DNA of 64,000 nt from Azolla caroliniana (GCA_043228905.1 JBHGNT010000008.1:7998001-8062000), one strand, 5' to 3'. Shown: positions 23,354 to 36,077, numbered from the stretch's first letter. The notes: a model not told the origin generated them from the sequence alone. Made by a program: numbers and translations.

Positions 23354-25550
23354 CGATGGAGATCAGATTTCTCTTCAATGCGGTTACGTGCCAGATTTGG
23401 TGCAAGGTGATGGTATTGCCATTCGGCAATTGAATGGGGACCTCATCGATCCCTGCAATTACGCACTCCTACCCATTACCTAGTCGGACAGTGCCGTTGG
23501 CACTAACAGAATAGTCCGAAAACCATTCGATGTTGGCAGTCACATGAAATATGGTGTCGGAATTTAGCAGCCATATTCATGCATCTTGCACATTGTATAG
23601 GACTTTGGAATGACGATTTCTCTGGACCAGGATTCAAAAACATTGACTTGGTTGCCGATAGGAAACGGTTCAAATTGGATTTTCCTTGTGTCTAATCGAA
23701 TCAATGGCCATTCTCCTTTGATTTTATCGACCAGTAGTCAAAAACATTGTGACCAGTCTTTCTGCAGTGGGTGCAGAAAGCACTTGATCGACTATTCCTC
23801 AACTTCAACTGCTATCAATTCTCGTTCCTCCATGGCCAACCGGTACTTCGGTCAGCTCTTCCGGCTAGCTCGGTCGAGTAGTGAGCTTCTGCCAATTCAT
23901 TGACAGTGAGTCCCATCGATTTTCGCCAAATGTCCTCAATGAGGACTTGTCCAATCGTTTCATCTAGATTCAACTTTGGACAACAGTTGGCGAATATAAT
24001 GCAGAATACTTCCTAACTCGTTGGCAGGCTCGAAAGGAGGGCAAGCGCTTTAACTTCTTCTTTGAAGCTAATCCCTTGGGGGGTGAGCCCCATCGATTTT
24101 CGGCAAATGTCCTTAGTGAGGACTTGTTCATTCGTTTCATCTAGATTCAACTTTGGACAACTATTGGCGAATATCGTGCAGAATACTTCCTAACTCGTTG
24201 GCAGGCTCGAAAGGAGGGCAAGGGCTTTAACTTCTTCTTCAAAGCTAATCCCTTGGGAGGAGAGTTCATACAACAGCCGGCTGAAGGTGTTGATGTGGGA
24301 GGTCGTCGGATCTGTCTCTCTCATCTTCATATTGAACAAATGTCGGATGATCAATATGAGCTTCGATGAGAAAGACGTCTTTTCGTAAATGGTTTGGAGC
24401 TTCTCCCACAAGGCAATTGCCGACATCTCTCTAGCCATGTTGAAGTAGACATTCTCGGCCGGATGCATTTGAATGGTCAACCTGACTATTTCGTCCAAGG
24501 AGCGTCATTTGTCTACTGTCATCGAGGTTGGCTTGTTGTTATGTCATATTGCCTCGATTTGACGCTAGATTATTGGTACATCTTGCATCATCTCCTTCCA
24601 TAGGGCAAAGTTCTTCTTGTCGTTGAACTTCCAAATTTCCACTCTCATGCCAGATGTTGAAGCCATGTTTTGTAGGAAGTGAGATTTACTGACCTGGTCC
24701 TTTCCTTCAATCGGTTCTTCTCTTCTCAGATTTATGTTGTTGTTGTTGATGATGATGGACTGCAAGTCGCTTTAATACCAGGTGTTGAGTATTGAAGTTG
24801 ATGTTGCGGAAAGTTGAGGACTTGTTAGTGATTCTAGCAAACAATACAAGTAGCAAACAAGATGGAGTTATGCACTGTGACAAGTTCTACTTGGATGAAA
24901 GACAAACAATTGCACAGAGAGGGAGAGAGATGTTTAAGCTCAGAGAGACTATCTTACTTTAGCCACTGACTTATCTTTCCAATGTCAGTTACCCACTTAT
25001 ATAGTTAGGTTAAGGTGGGCAGAGTGGAACTTTTATCCCAATAGAAGCTTCTTCATGTTCTCACAAATTCTTATTCATCTACTTACCATCAAGCCACTGC
25101 ATGTAACGAAGTCAAATCTTAGTTCATTATGTTCGAAGTAGTTTCATGAGCCTTTCGCGTATTTTGGCTTTATATTTATATAAGATTAATTCTACTAAAC
25201 CTACTCTCTATCATTACTCATAACTACACAAGGATTGTATCAGACTTTTCAGTTCAAAATTCCGAGTATGGTGCGTGAAGTTATGCAATTTTAGAGCTAA
25301 ATCGGCGAAAAACAAATCTTCAAGTTATCACACTGAAAGGCTCATGATGCTAACGAGAATTCACTTGAGGGTCTTGAGCACAGTAGACGTTACAACTGTC
25401 TCTACACCACCTCTCGTCGTCGTCATCCACTACTGTCATTCTTCATTTTTAAGGATGTCATTGCTTGTACTAATGTCACTACATTGCCGATAGTCCCTGT
25501 CAATATCTGCATGTGAGATCAACTAACATCATTTGCCACCTCACCTGTAA
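23354..25550 (-). mobile_element. Old copia remnant C3 (5' LTR, PBS, gag, protease), host of C2; right boundary approximate
   Basis: Degenerate PBS TGGTATTAAAGC 24769-24780 next to an LTR end at 24783; Gag NFALWKEMMQD, LFNMKMRE, ALALLSSLP. Confidence 0.75.
23906..24259. repeat. 177-bp tandem duplication in C3 gag
   Basis: Units start GTGAG(T/C)CCCATCGATTTTCG at 23906 and 24083. Confidence 0.9.
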
Positions 25551-26193
25551 CAAATTGACTCCCCACACCCCCTTCCTTTTACTTATCTACACAAATTTCT
25601 TTTAACCAAAATAAATAAACAACACTTCTTGTCCTTCCTTTTAACTTTAGGACTTTATAGGAATGGCAGCAGTTGCGTTTCGCTGGCAGGTGAAAGGGGC
25701 CCCTTTTTCCGAATATCCCGATCTATACGGTAGGGATGCCCACTAGCTCCATCCTTATTTCTATTATATGCCGAAGCACTCTCTTGCTTTCTCAACTCGC
25801 GGCATCTCAACCTACGTGGTCTTCTCGTACCTCATTCTCATCAAAGCATCCTAGATATAGAATTTGCAGATGACACAGCAGTCTACCTGCAAGGGGACTT
25901 GGAAAACCTCCAAAAGCTAGAAAGTGGGCTAGCTATATTTTGCAAGAGATCCAACGCCATGATCAATTTGCACAAATCCTGCGCAATATGGCTCTCTCAG
26001 GAAACACATCCGGGGTGGCACCCACATCCTGCTTTCAAATGGATCAATCAAGGAGCGAGCACCAAATATTTGGGTTTCCAAATTGGTTTCAACATACCGT
26101 CGGAGACTATGACTGCACCCGTTATCCATTCCATTTGACAAAAGTTGATACATTGGAGGTCGAAAAAATTGTCGCTAGCAGGTCGCATCATAG

Positions 26194-26624
26194 TAGGGAT
26201 CAGCAATGGCTCGGCTCAAGCCTAAACCATTTGGCTTAGCGGCTTAGTGGCTCGACTCGGCTCGGTTTAGGCTTGAGCCTACCTTAACGGTTTGAGCTCG
26301 GCTCGGCTTGGCTTGGCTTGAGCCTCGCCAAACCGGCTAAGCCATTTAAGTGATTTAATTAGTAATTACTAATAACTACAGTTTATTACTAAAGTCTAAG
26401 TTCTAACTTCTAATTAGTCAAGAGTCTAAGTTCTAACTAGTCAATAGTCACGAGTCACGAGTCTATTGTCTACAGTGTACTGTGTACACACAAACTCCAA
26501 AGTGACGACTTAGGTATTAGGTAATAAGACTTTAGTCTCTCAACATAGACAGACGACTCGGACTTAGGTAATAGGACTCTCGACACAGACAGTGACCAGT
26601 CCATCGACACAAACGAGCACGCAC

Positions 26625-26682
<58 letters not shown>

Positions 26683-29600
26683 TCTGCTGGATAATAGATA
26701 CTAGAAAGTGGAAGACGACGACCTACTATTGCCGCCTGCGTGCATCGTGTAGCCCGGGCCCCCAAGCCTACAAAGTGCATACCTCCATCAATTTACAAAG
26801 CCTACAAGTAAGATTCACATAATTTCACAATATAATTATGCACATATATGAATAATGATACAGACTATAGTCAATTTAAAATTACTTTACCTCAAGGTTC
26901 ATATGAAGTAATACCCACAATCATTGTCACTACAATGTAGACATATATGAAGTAAGATTCACAATATAATTATGCACATATATGAATAATGATACAGTCA
27001 AATTGAGCCACAATGTGGCACAATGTAATAACTCATGATTAGAGTAGGACATTTCAAAAGAATTCATTATCTTTTATAACCAAAATTTTATAGGTACAGT
27101 AACATACATTGATATGGAAGAGGTAACATTAATATCAGCCCCTAGAAGCAAAACAAAGGCAAGAAAAAGAACTTCATGGACCGAGCAACACATGATCTCC
27201 ATCAAGGACAGAGATGCATATAAGAGTCGATGTGCCTATTGTCACTTGTTGTGGGCAAGCTCTACATCTACAAGTTCTATCGCCAAGCATTTATTAGATA
27301 AGCATAATATTAATAGCACATCACAACCACAAACTTCTAGCAATGTTCTTGTCCAAAGTAACATAGATGCTACTTCATCTACGTTAACTATATCTCGTAC
27401 TCTAGAGAAGAAGTTTGATAGTACTATTGTTAGATACATAGTCACATCAATGCTACCTCATGCACATATTGAGTCTTCTAGTTTTAAGAGATTAATGCAT
27501 GATGTCTTGCCCAATTATCAACTTAAATCATCTCGTACACTTAAGAGATTAGTGTTACGAATGTATGTTGTTCTTCGCCATTTAGTTATTACTTATTTGT
27601 CCTCACAAAATTTTAGATATGCTATAACATTTGATGGGTGGACAAACAATAGTTTGAAAGGATTTTATCCCATGACTTTACATTTTGTTTGTTTCGAGTC
27701 TACTAAGCCGGCTAGTGTGCTTTTAGACTTCCTAGATGTCTTTCCGGGAGATGGGGTAGGAAAACGTGTCGGAAAAGCTTTATTCTCCCGCCTAAAATCA
27801 TTTAATATCTCTTCACATCTTCTATCTACAACTTCTGACGGTGCTAGTGAATCTCTAGTCGCATCAAAAGAATTAGCTAGGTTATTACTTTGTCATCATG
27901 GACAAGACATTTTACAATCATCACATATGTTAAGATGCATGGTGCATACATATCAACTAGGTGTAAAGTCTGCATTAGAAGTTATTACTCCTTCTACTAT
28001 GAAGTTAAGGAAGACATTACATTCTATACGCACAAGTAAAGTGAGTAGAGCTATATTTAAAAAATATTCAAAAACCATGCATGAGAATGGAGAACATGAA
28101 CCACCATGTGTAGATTGTATTACTAGATGGAATTCAACCCTAATAATGTATCAACAATACCTAAAATTAAGAGATGTCTTGATTTGTACCACAAGTGACA
28201 ATGTCACTGCTAATGAGTTTGTGGACCATACACTCTCCATAGAAGATTGGAGTCATATACAAAGTATGGAACAATGGTTGCTTGTGCCTGCTAAAATTTG
28301 TAATTACTTGAGTGGGTCAAAGTATCTGACCCTCTCAATAGTCGCGCTTGCATTCAACAACTTATTAGCACATTGTAATAAATATATTTCTATGGATATG
28401 AACTTGGTTGATTCATCCTCCGAGAAGATTACTCTTCAAGTGCAACAAGAGGCTAGTAACAAATGCTTACAATATCTAATCAAGTACCAAGAATCCCTGA
28501 AATCTATTCCATCTTGAATCGCAATGTTTGTTGACCCGAGGTACTAATGTTTTTAATTGAAAAATCCCATTTTTTATCTTTCTTTCTTACTAATAGTGTC
28601 TTTTGGTTGAGTGTAGAATTCCAAAACCACCTAATCCAATTGAGAGAGACCTCGATATAGAATTGGTGCAAAGTTTCTTGACAACCCAATATCATGATCC
28701 TAATGTCGAAGATTCTCTATCTGAAGATGCATGTGAAGGATCTCCGTTTGATTTTTTGGATATTTGGGATATGAACAATGACAAATCTCATGAATCATCA
28801 GCTCAGACAGAAATTGAAGGTTTCTTGAAGGTTCCACGAGTGAAGAGTATCATAGACCCTCTACATTGGTGGTCTACCAACAGGTTTCAAGCTATATTGC
28901 ATCATGTTGTATTAAACAAATTTGTTATTGTTGGTAATTAATGAACACATTTTGATAGTATCTTTTTATATGATTTGAAACAGATCCATTTTTCCAAGGA
29001 TGTATAAAATGGCATGCGATTATTTGGCTATTCCAGCTTCATCAGTGCCTTTAGAGGAAGCTAACTCCGAAGCTTGTGATAACTTCAAAGATAGGCAACG
29101 GTTGCATTCATGCACTTTCAAGGCAGAGATGTGCATACGATCTTGGATAGATCTACTTGATAGTGTTAATATTCCAATTCCTGAAGATATTAATGATGCA
29201 TATGATACTTTAGATATCAATTTAGAAGAGATTATTGCAGAGGATGATGTTATTGAATACTTATACTTGGACAAGTGATTTCTTTTGGAATATTATGACT
29301 TGGGACGATTATGACGATCAATTATTAGAATAGTCAATTTTTTCTCGTTGTTTTTCTTTAATTATCTATTAGTTAATTTGCCTTGCATTTCTCATTTTAT
29401 GTTTTCTTGTTGTTTTTCTCTAAGCCTTGTAACCATTCTACATTTGGAGCATATTGGAGGGGGATTGTTCAATGATAAATTGTAATGGAATTGTGTTATG
29501 AAGTTCAATGATAAATTGTAATAGAATTGTGTAATGAAGTTGATAAACCGGTTTACAAGTTGTTTACCAAGCCGGTTCATAAACCGGTTTATCCCAAACC

Positions 29601-29726
29601 GGTTTAGGTATCGGTTTGGTTTAGTTTGGTTCAGATTTGAAAACCCCTAAACGGTTTAGACTTAGCCGGTTTGGCTTGGATAAGGCCAAACCGGCTAAGC
29701 CTAAACTGAACCGTTGTCGATCCCTA
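26194..29726 (+). mobile_element. hAT DNA transposon, complete (3533 bp)
   Basis: 8-bp TSD CATCATAG at 26186-26193 and 29727-29734; imperfect TIRs TAGGGATCAGCAATGG / TAGGGATCGACAACGG; subterminal GGCTCGG and AACCGG repeats. Confidence 0.96.
27114..29278 (+). pseudogene. hAT transposase; exons 27114-28540, 28617-28883, 28984-29278; one premature stop at 28515
   Basis: BED finger CAYC...KHLLDKH; ITFDGWT; TSDGAS; CMVH; TRWNST; DPR; WW...FP...DYLAIPASSVPLE; both GT-AG introns restore frame. Confidence 0.88.
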
Positions 29727-32087
29727 CATCATAGTGGCAAATCAAGTACTACTCGCAAGAGCATGGTACAGTCTATCATGCTGGATAATCTCCAAGGAAA
29801 GTATACATCAAATTCAACAACTACATTTGGTCTGGTAAGGAAGACCATGTAGCTCACGCCAAGGTGGCATGGCCTATACTCACAACGCCTAAGTCAAGAG
29901 GGGGATTGGGTCTTATTGATCCCCTTTCACAATCGAAAGCCTTACTTGCCAAATTTGTGGTGTGAGGACTCCAACTAGGAAATGACTGTTGGAAAATGCT
30001 ACTAAGGTTACGTTTCGCTTACTTTAGACCACGAAAAGGGGTCAATTGGGCCCCCCAAACGGGATGGATTCTAAACATGGATCTCAAACCTAGTTTCTCC
30101 CGCCAATTGGAGGATAGATGCATTGCATCCATGTGGAAGGCATGGTGTGGCATTCGTCGAGGGCTCAAGTGTGATAAACCGAGATCCGAACCTTCCTGGC
30201 TCAGTCAACGTATCCTATGGAACCCATGTATCAAGGATGAATCTAATCAACTACTGGGATCACGTAAGGGGTTGTCATGGGGATACATTGCAGAAGGTCC
30301 AGGAAAAAGTATAGAATGTTGGTGACGGTTTATGTCAATGCCACTACAAGATCAGGCGAACATACTCCATGGAATCAGGGGCGGATGGACTATGAGATCG
30401 GAAATCATTAACGCTCTACAGATTAGGGAATCTGCTACTCAAAGGAAGACAATGGAGAAATGGATAGGCCATGAGGAGGAGGGTTCTCTGATCCCGAGAG
30501 GTAGGGGACCACCAGACAAACTCGAAGGCTCTGAATTGCGAGACACTGAGACACCAACACAGAATAACGCAATTTGAGTACTCACGTATACTGGTCATAA
30601 AGGGATTGTAGATCCTGATACGATCAAAGTACAACCCAATTGGCACATATGTACTCATGAAAACACATGACTACGTACGGTCAATTGGGACCCTTTGCAA
30701 TGGACATGGCGTGATCCCTACGCGGGGCAAGGAAGCAAACCCATCCCTTTCTTCCAATTCACAACTAGATTGGGTTGCCACATTCTAGTTTCTCAAACCG
30801 CCAAAGAACCGGCTGTTGCGAAGGTCTGGCACACATTTCAAGTTCCTCCCACAATAATCACCAAGTTTTGGCAGAAAATCTGGAAACAACAACACGCGAG
30901 GCGAATTACCACGTTCCAATGGCTATTAATACATAAGTCCCTACCAGTGGGAGCATGGCAATGTGGGAACCTTAGCTCTCTTAATTGTGTAAAGTGCCCA
31001 CATGCAGTAGAATCAATACGACATGCTTTGTGGGACTGCCCAACGTCCCATCGAATATGGCGGGGGGTTGGCCGCTTGTTGCAATTATGCCAGGTGCAAG
31101 GCTCAATCAAGTGGGGAAATATATGTTGGATATCATGGCAGGCCGCAACTGGCAGATACGAGCATCAGGAGGGGAGGACTTTGGTGATAAAAGCACAAGA
31201 GGTCCTTTTCTCCTCCAGCGGCAATGTCCACTCCACTCCTCTTAATGAAAAATCTCAAGAGGTGTTGGAATTGGTCAGCCCAATAACTCTTTGGATTCTA
31301 TGGAAACAACGATGTAGGCGAGTCTTCTCCAACCAAACCGCACATCCAACAAGGTTACTGCAAGAGATATGGAGTGAAATTGTAGCCACTCTGAAGAGCC
31401 AATATGATGGACTTAAGGGCGGCTCTGAGGGAGTTGAAAGACAACGAATAGCCTTCATCCAACAATGGTCGTCCTCTCCCTTTCTTGAGTCAGTGGGCAT
31501 CCACATAAGATGGAACTATCGTGACATTCACTTGTGTATCTTCGTGAAAACATCTCCTTCAAATTCTTAGAGCACTTGCTTGATCATGAGCTTCTAGCAT
31601 GACCATAAGAGGTATCTTCATCTTCTTCTTCTTTGTCGTATATTGTGATAAGCATCTATAGGCTATTCTATGTCAATTAACCTAGTGTTCTCCAATTATG
31701 AAATACAAAACTATAACATAATATGTATGTTTACCATTGGCCAACCCTCTCATGGATGTGTTGGTGCATTTAGGTCCACACCCTTTTGATACTTGTGCTC
31801 AAGAACTTGGATTTGAGACCCAAACCCATTGTAAAAAGCTATAATTGTCACCTTTTAGTGACTTTAGTTAGTCTTGTTCCTTCTTGGTTTTCTCCTTTCA
31901 CATTGTCTTATTTAGAGCTCTAACTTCATCTCCTCAACCTTTGACTGGAGTTTAAGAGTGGCTAAGGTTAACTACTAATTAGCCAAACCCTAATCACTCT
32001 ACCTCTTGTATGTGTGTCGTATATTTTCCTTATAATAGAAGTGGTGATCATCGTCTTTCTATAATCGTCCAATAGTGATAATCACTC

Positions 32088-32160
32088 AATGGATGTAGCT
32101 CAGTTGGTAAGGTTGCCCAATGGAGACTAGGTGGTCATGGGTTCAACCCTTTTACATTCC
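32088..32160 (+). other. Degenerate tRNA-like / SINE-head sequence
   Basis: A-box TAGCTCAGTTGG and B-box GGTTCAACCC at tRNA-like spacing; stems poorly paired. Confidence 0.5.
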
Positions 32161-32185
32161 ATAGTGGCATCTAGTAAAATAGGAG

Positions 32186-35100
32186 TGTTACCGGCCGGCA
32201 AGGAGTCCAAAATACGGAGTGAAGGAGTTAATTAAGTATGGTTGTAAATAAGCATAGTGTGGACGGACGGACTGGAAACGGTATGCCGTTCCAGATCCCG
32301 AATAGGTGCGATAGGCACCGTTTTGTACTACGGGCCGGAAACCTATTTAAAGGCCCGGACCCCATTGTAATCGCAGCGGATAATTAATAGAGCATATGGT
32401 GTTTATACTTCTGTGTTGATTTCCGTTCTGTACTTACTGTCATATCTTACGCGTGTAATTAACTAAAGCACTCTAATCGTGTAACCTACGTAAGTCGGTG
32501 TAATCGTTGAATCTTAATCCTATACCGTAATCACCCTTTGGTGAAGTGTCTCCGTGACACCTTGTGTTAGGCCTTGTCCGGTCAGAGAATAACACAGTTT
32601 TGGCGACCACGATTCCTGCTTTCTCGCAGCGAACGACGGTAATGGATGACTAGACCAACGCACGACCTGGTTACAGACCGAGCTCGACGCCTCGCCGAAC
32701 GGCAAAGACGGCGTGAGACTTTCCAGCAAGCAGCGCACGAAATTCGCTCGGATCGTTCGTTCTCCAACGAGATCCGGAGAGTCGCGGAGGAATCTCTTCG
32801 GTTACAGCAAACTCGCGACCAGGACGACGGAAGCAGTCTAAGTAGTCTCCGGGAAACCGAACGCCTCCTCGAGGCGCTGGCAAGTGGAGAAAACGAGGCA
32901 GAAGCCTTTTCAGCCTACGAATCGGATTCCGAAGGGGGATACAGCGTGCACACGAACTACCGGAGCAGCAACGATACCCCCGGCGGCCCGGAGGACGACG
33001 GGTCGGATACCGTGCCGACTCCAGAACCGGAACCGCTCAACCAGGGCTATCCGGAACCGCAAACGGAAGCCGTCAACCCACTAACACCGGAAGTGGAAGA
33101 AGCAAAGCCACCGACACCAACGAAGGAGCCGGCAAAGGTACCGGAAGAAGAGCCGCAAAAGGAACCGGAAAAAGCACCGGCTCAAGAACCGGAAGTGGAA
33201 CCGGAGAGAAAACCGGAAAGATATCAACGAACGCCACTAAACCGCGGCCTAATACTGGACGACGACATGCCGTTCCAATACTCAAAGTATCGCGATGATC
33301 CGGACGCGGAAGCGCATGTTCATGACTTCGAGCAGACATGGGAAGCAAATCACACGTCCCAGCGAATGACACCGGAGGAAGAAGAACGCTCGAAGATAGC
33401 AAAATTCGGAGTCACGTTGGAGGGACCAGCGACACGATGGCGGCGGACGCAGGACCCGGCGACCATCACAACCTTTGCAGAATTAAAAGCAAAATTCTTG
33501 CATTTTTTCCACAAGGAGGTCGACCAGACGACAATGGTGGGCCTGTTTTATACGATCCGACAGGAGGCAGGGGAAAGCATTCCCCAATTCGTCATCCGTT
33601 TCCAACGAATGCATAGCCAGCTTGCCCGTGCACCCCCGGAGGAGGAATTACGGACGATATTTTTAAACGCACTCCGGGAACCGTTACGCACGGTGTGTAC
33701 GGTGATCGACTTTCGAGGATGCACCATCGACCAGGTCATTGACCGGGTCAGAGAAATGGAAAAGTCAAGCTCATGGCTTACGCTGGGAACACTGCAACGG
33801 GCGTTACCCACCGAGGAAGATCTCCGGTTCCGGCAGGCAATTCAATGCACAATCTGCTTGAATGTCGGACACTCGGCAGTGGAGTGCACCATGCGAACCC
33901 AGTGTGTGATTTGTCAATCCAAGAGTCATACAACGGACCGGTGCGAGTATAACCTGTTAAACCGACAAGCCCCACCCGTCCGACGGATCGAGCCAAGAAA
34001 CAGCCGAGACGAAGATGACGATCGTTGGCAAAGAATGAACCGGTACCCACCGGCACAGGATGTCCGGTACGGAGACAGGCAAGAGAATGATGGCCGGTAC
34101 GGGAATCGGCGTGATAACTACGACCGGTATGAGCGATCGGACCGTTATCGGGAGCCCAACAGACGACACGAGCAATACGCCAGAGACCATTCCCCTGGTT
34201 ACCGAAGGCACCAGGAGGACTACGGCCGATTTTACAATCCACCACGACCGGACTACCGAAATAAAAATAAGAATAATAAGAAACGGAATTTCAAGAAAGG
34301 TGGTCACACTAGGGACCCGGAACATGGAACCCCAAGGAGCCAACCGGCACAGAACGCACCACTCACCACGGGACCGACTCCGGATACCAGCAAAGCTGAA
34401 TCCAGCAATACCCGTAAAGAGTACTGCTATTACTGCAGGCAGGAAGGCCACTACAGTAACCAGTGCCCGGCAAAGAGCTACGATAAACGACCAGCAGTTA
34501 ATATGGTGGTTCCGGAAGTGGCGGATTTACAGCAAGTAACCACACGGTCGAAAGGCATGGCCAAAGAGTGGGAAACACAAGAGGCCATACGAAAACAGGC
34601 GACGGAATGGGTGAAGGAAGCCAATGAAAGGAATGTCGCGGACGCGGAACGGCAAAAGGCGAATACCATAGGGAGTGCCGGCGGTGGCCACCCAGAAAAC
34701 GAGACCTGGCAAGCACTGCAAGAATGTCAGATCACGTTGCCATTAGGAAGACTCTTACAGCTCGTGCCGCGATTTACGGAAGGGCTAAAAACGGTCATGA
34801 CAGACGGTATAGCCCCACCGGCACCAGTCCTTTTCTCGAATTCGGAGGAGGGACCGACGGTGGTGGACACAAGTAGTCCGGTGATTACAGCTATTGTCAA
34901 AGGGCACGAACTTCCCGGCACAGTAATCGATGGAGGTTCCGGGGTGAACGTAATAAGCCTCCGCACGTGTGATGCCTTGGGTATACATGAATGGGAGCCA
35001 TGTCCGTTCTGGCTACGGATGGCGGATACGAGCTCTGTACGGCCGACGGGCTTAATACGGAAATTGGAAGTCACCATAGGAGGTCACACATTTCACATCT

Positions 35101-36050
35101 CAGCTGTAGTGCTGCAGCTACAGGCGCAAGGTGCGTATCCACTGTTGTTGGGCAGACCATGGTTGAAAACAGCACACATCAAGCAAAATTGGCGGAAAAA
35201 TATGATTACCTTCCGGCGCGGAAAAGCCAAGGTCCGGGTACCGACACAACCACGGACGAGCAACGGTAAGGAATGCACACCGCTGTATGCGGAATGCGTG
35301 AACATGCTTGAAGGATTGGCAGACGACGAAGAAGCCCAGTACTTGGAGGAACACCCGAAGATCGTACCACTCTTCGAGATTGACGTAGCTGAAGCCGTAG
35401 CGCCATACTTGCCACAGCGGGACGACACCGAAGCCGAACCAGACAAAGATGCGATTCGGGAATTACGGCAAGCACAGGAAGCATTGGAACGGGAAATGGC
35501 CGTTTCCCAACGGGTAAAAACATCCCAGCTCGACGAAGTGAACCTAGGAAGCAAGGACGAATCAAAGCCGGTACACATCGCCAAAGAAATGAAGCCGGAA
35601 GATAAAGCGGCGATGATCAAACTTCTCACGGAGTTTCGCGACGTATTCGCCTGGTCATACGAAGACATGCGAGGGCTGGACCCTCAATTATATCAGCATC
35701 AGATCCACTTAGGCAAGGACGCGAAACCAGTGGCGCAAAGACGTTACCGAATGAACCCCAACTACGCCGCCAAAGTGAAGGAGGAAATCGACAAACTCCT
35801 AAGAGTGGGCTTCATCCGGCCGGTAAAGAAAGCGACGTGGCTGAGCCCCATCGTCGTCGTCCCAAAGAAGAACGGTAAAATCCGTGTGTGTGTAGATTAC
35901 CGGAAACTAAATGCAGCCACAATTACGGATGCATTCCCTCTTCCGTTCACGGATGGAGTACTGGATGCCGTCGCCGGCCATGAAGTTTATAGCTTTCTAG
36001 ACGGGTTCAGCGGTTACAATCAAATCCGGATGCACCCTGACGACCAGGAG
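32186..36050 (+). mobile_element. 3'-truncated non-chromovirus Ty3/gypsy element G-B (same family as G-A)
   Basis: 5' LTR 32186-32596 (TGTTACCGG...AACACA); PBS TGGCGACCAC at 32601 (fits a tRNA-Arg 3' end as recalled); homology stops inside RT. Confidence 0.93.
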
Positions 36051-36077
36051 AATAACAAGGAGATATCTCTGGAGTAA
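32646..36077 (+). CDS. G-B Gag-protease-partial RT polyprotein (uninterrupted, truncated)
   Basis: Three CCHC knuckles; VIDGGSGVN protease; RT WLSPIVVVPKK...CVDYRKLN...FLDGFSGYNQI; lacks the YxDD motif, RNase H and integrase. Confidence 0.9.
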   Translation: MTRPTHDLVTDRARRLAERQRRRETFQQAAHEIRSDRSFSNEIRRVAEESLRLQQTRDQDDGSSLSSLRETERLLEALASGENEAEAFSAYESDSEGGYSVHTNYRSSNDTPGGPEDDGSDTVPTPEPEPLNQGYPEPQTEAVNPLTPEVEEAKPPTPTKEPAKVPEEEPQKEPEKAPAQEPEVEPERKPERYQRTPLNRGLILDDDMPFQYSKYRDDPDAEAHVHDFEQTWEANHTSQRMTPEEEERSKIAKFGVTLEGPATRWRRTQDPATITTFAELKAKFLHFFHKEVDQTTMVGLFYTIRQEAGESIPQFVIRFQRMHSQLARAPPEEELRTIFLNALREPLRTVCTVIDFRGCTIDQVIDRVREMEKSSSWLTLGTLQRALPTEEDLRFRQAIQCTICLNVGHSAVECTMRTQCVICQSKSHTTDRCEYNLLNRQAPPVRRIEPRNSRDEDDDRWQRMNRYPPAQDVRYGDRQENDGRYGNRRDNYDRYERSDRYREPNRRHEQYARDHSPGYRRHQEDYGRFYNPPRPDYRNKNKNNKKRNFKKGGHTRDPEHGTPRSQPAQNAPLTTGPTPDTSKAESSNTRKEYCYYCRQEGHYSNQCPAKSYDKRPAVNMVVPEVADLQQVTTRSKGMAKEWETQEAIRKQATEWVKEANERNVADAERQKANTIGSAGGGHPENETWQALQECQITLPLGRLLQLVPRFTEGLKTVMTDGIAPPAPVLFSNSEEGPTVVDTSSPVITAIVKGHELPGTVIDGGSGVNVISLRTCDALGIHEWEPCPFWLRMADTSSVRPTGLIRKLEVTIGGHTFHISAVVLQLQAQGAYPLLLGRPWLKTAHIKQNWRKNMITFRRGKAKVRVPTQPRTSNGKECTPLYAECVNMLEGLADDEEAQYLEEHPKIVPLFEIDVAEAVAPYLPQRDDTEAEPDKDAIRELRQAQEALEREMAVSQRVKTSQLDEVNLGSKDESKPVHIAKEMKPEDKAAMIKLLTEFRDVFAWSYEDMRGLDPQLYQHQIHLGKDAKPVAQRRYRMNPNYAAKVKEEIDKLLRVGFIRPVKKATWLSPIVVVPKKNGKIRVCVDYRKLNAATITDAFPLPFTDGVLDAVAGHEVYSFLDGFSGYNQIRMHPDDQENNKEISLE

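Larger units (their letters stand above)
25650..31520 (+). mobile_element. 5'-truncated L1/Tx1-type LINE ORF2 remnant, split by a hAT; ends approximate
   Basis: IR*GCPLAP, EFADDT, KYLG, LSLAGRI before the hAT; GGLGL and zf-RVT (WLLIHKSLP...CVKC...ESIRHALWDC) after it. Confidence 0.88.

Noticed and set aside
26627-26677. (GA)n tracts here and near 47773 and 58107 giving RERE/LSLS ORFs
   Set aside because: Simple microsatellites.
32088-32160. Functional tRNA gene
   Set aside because: Acceptor and anticodon stems do not pair convincingly.
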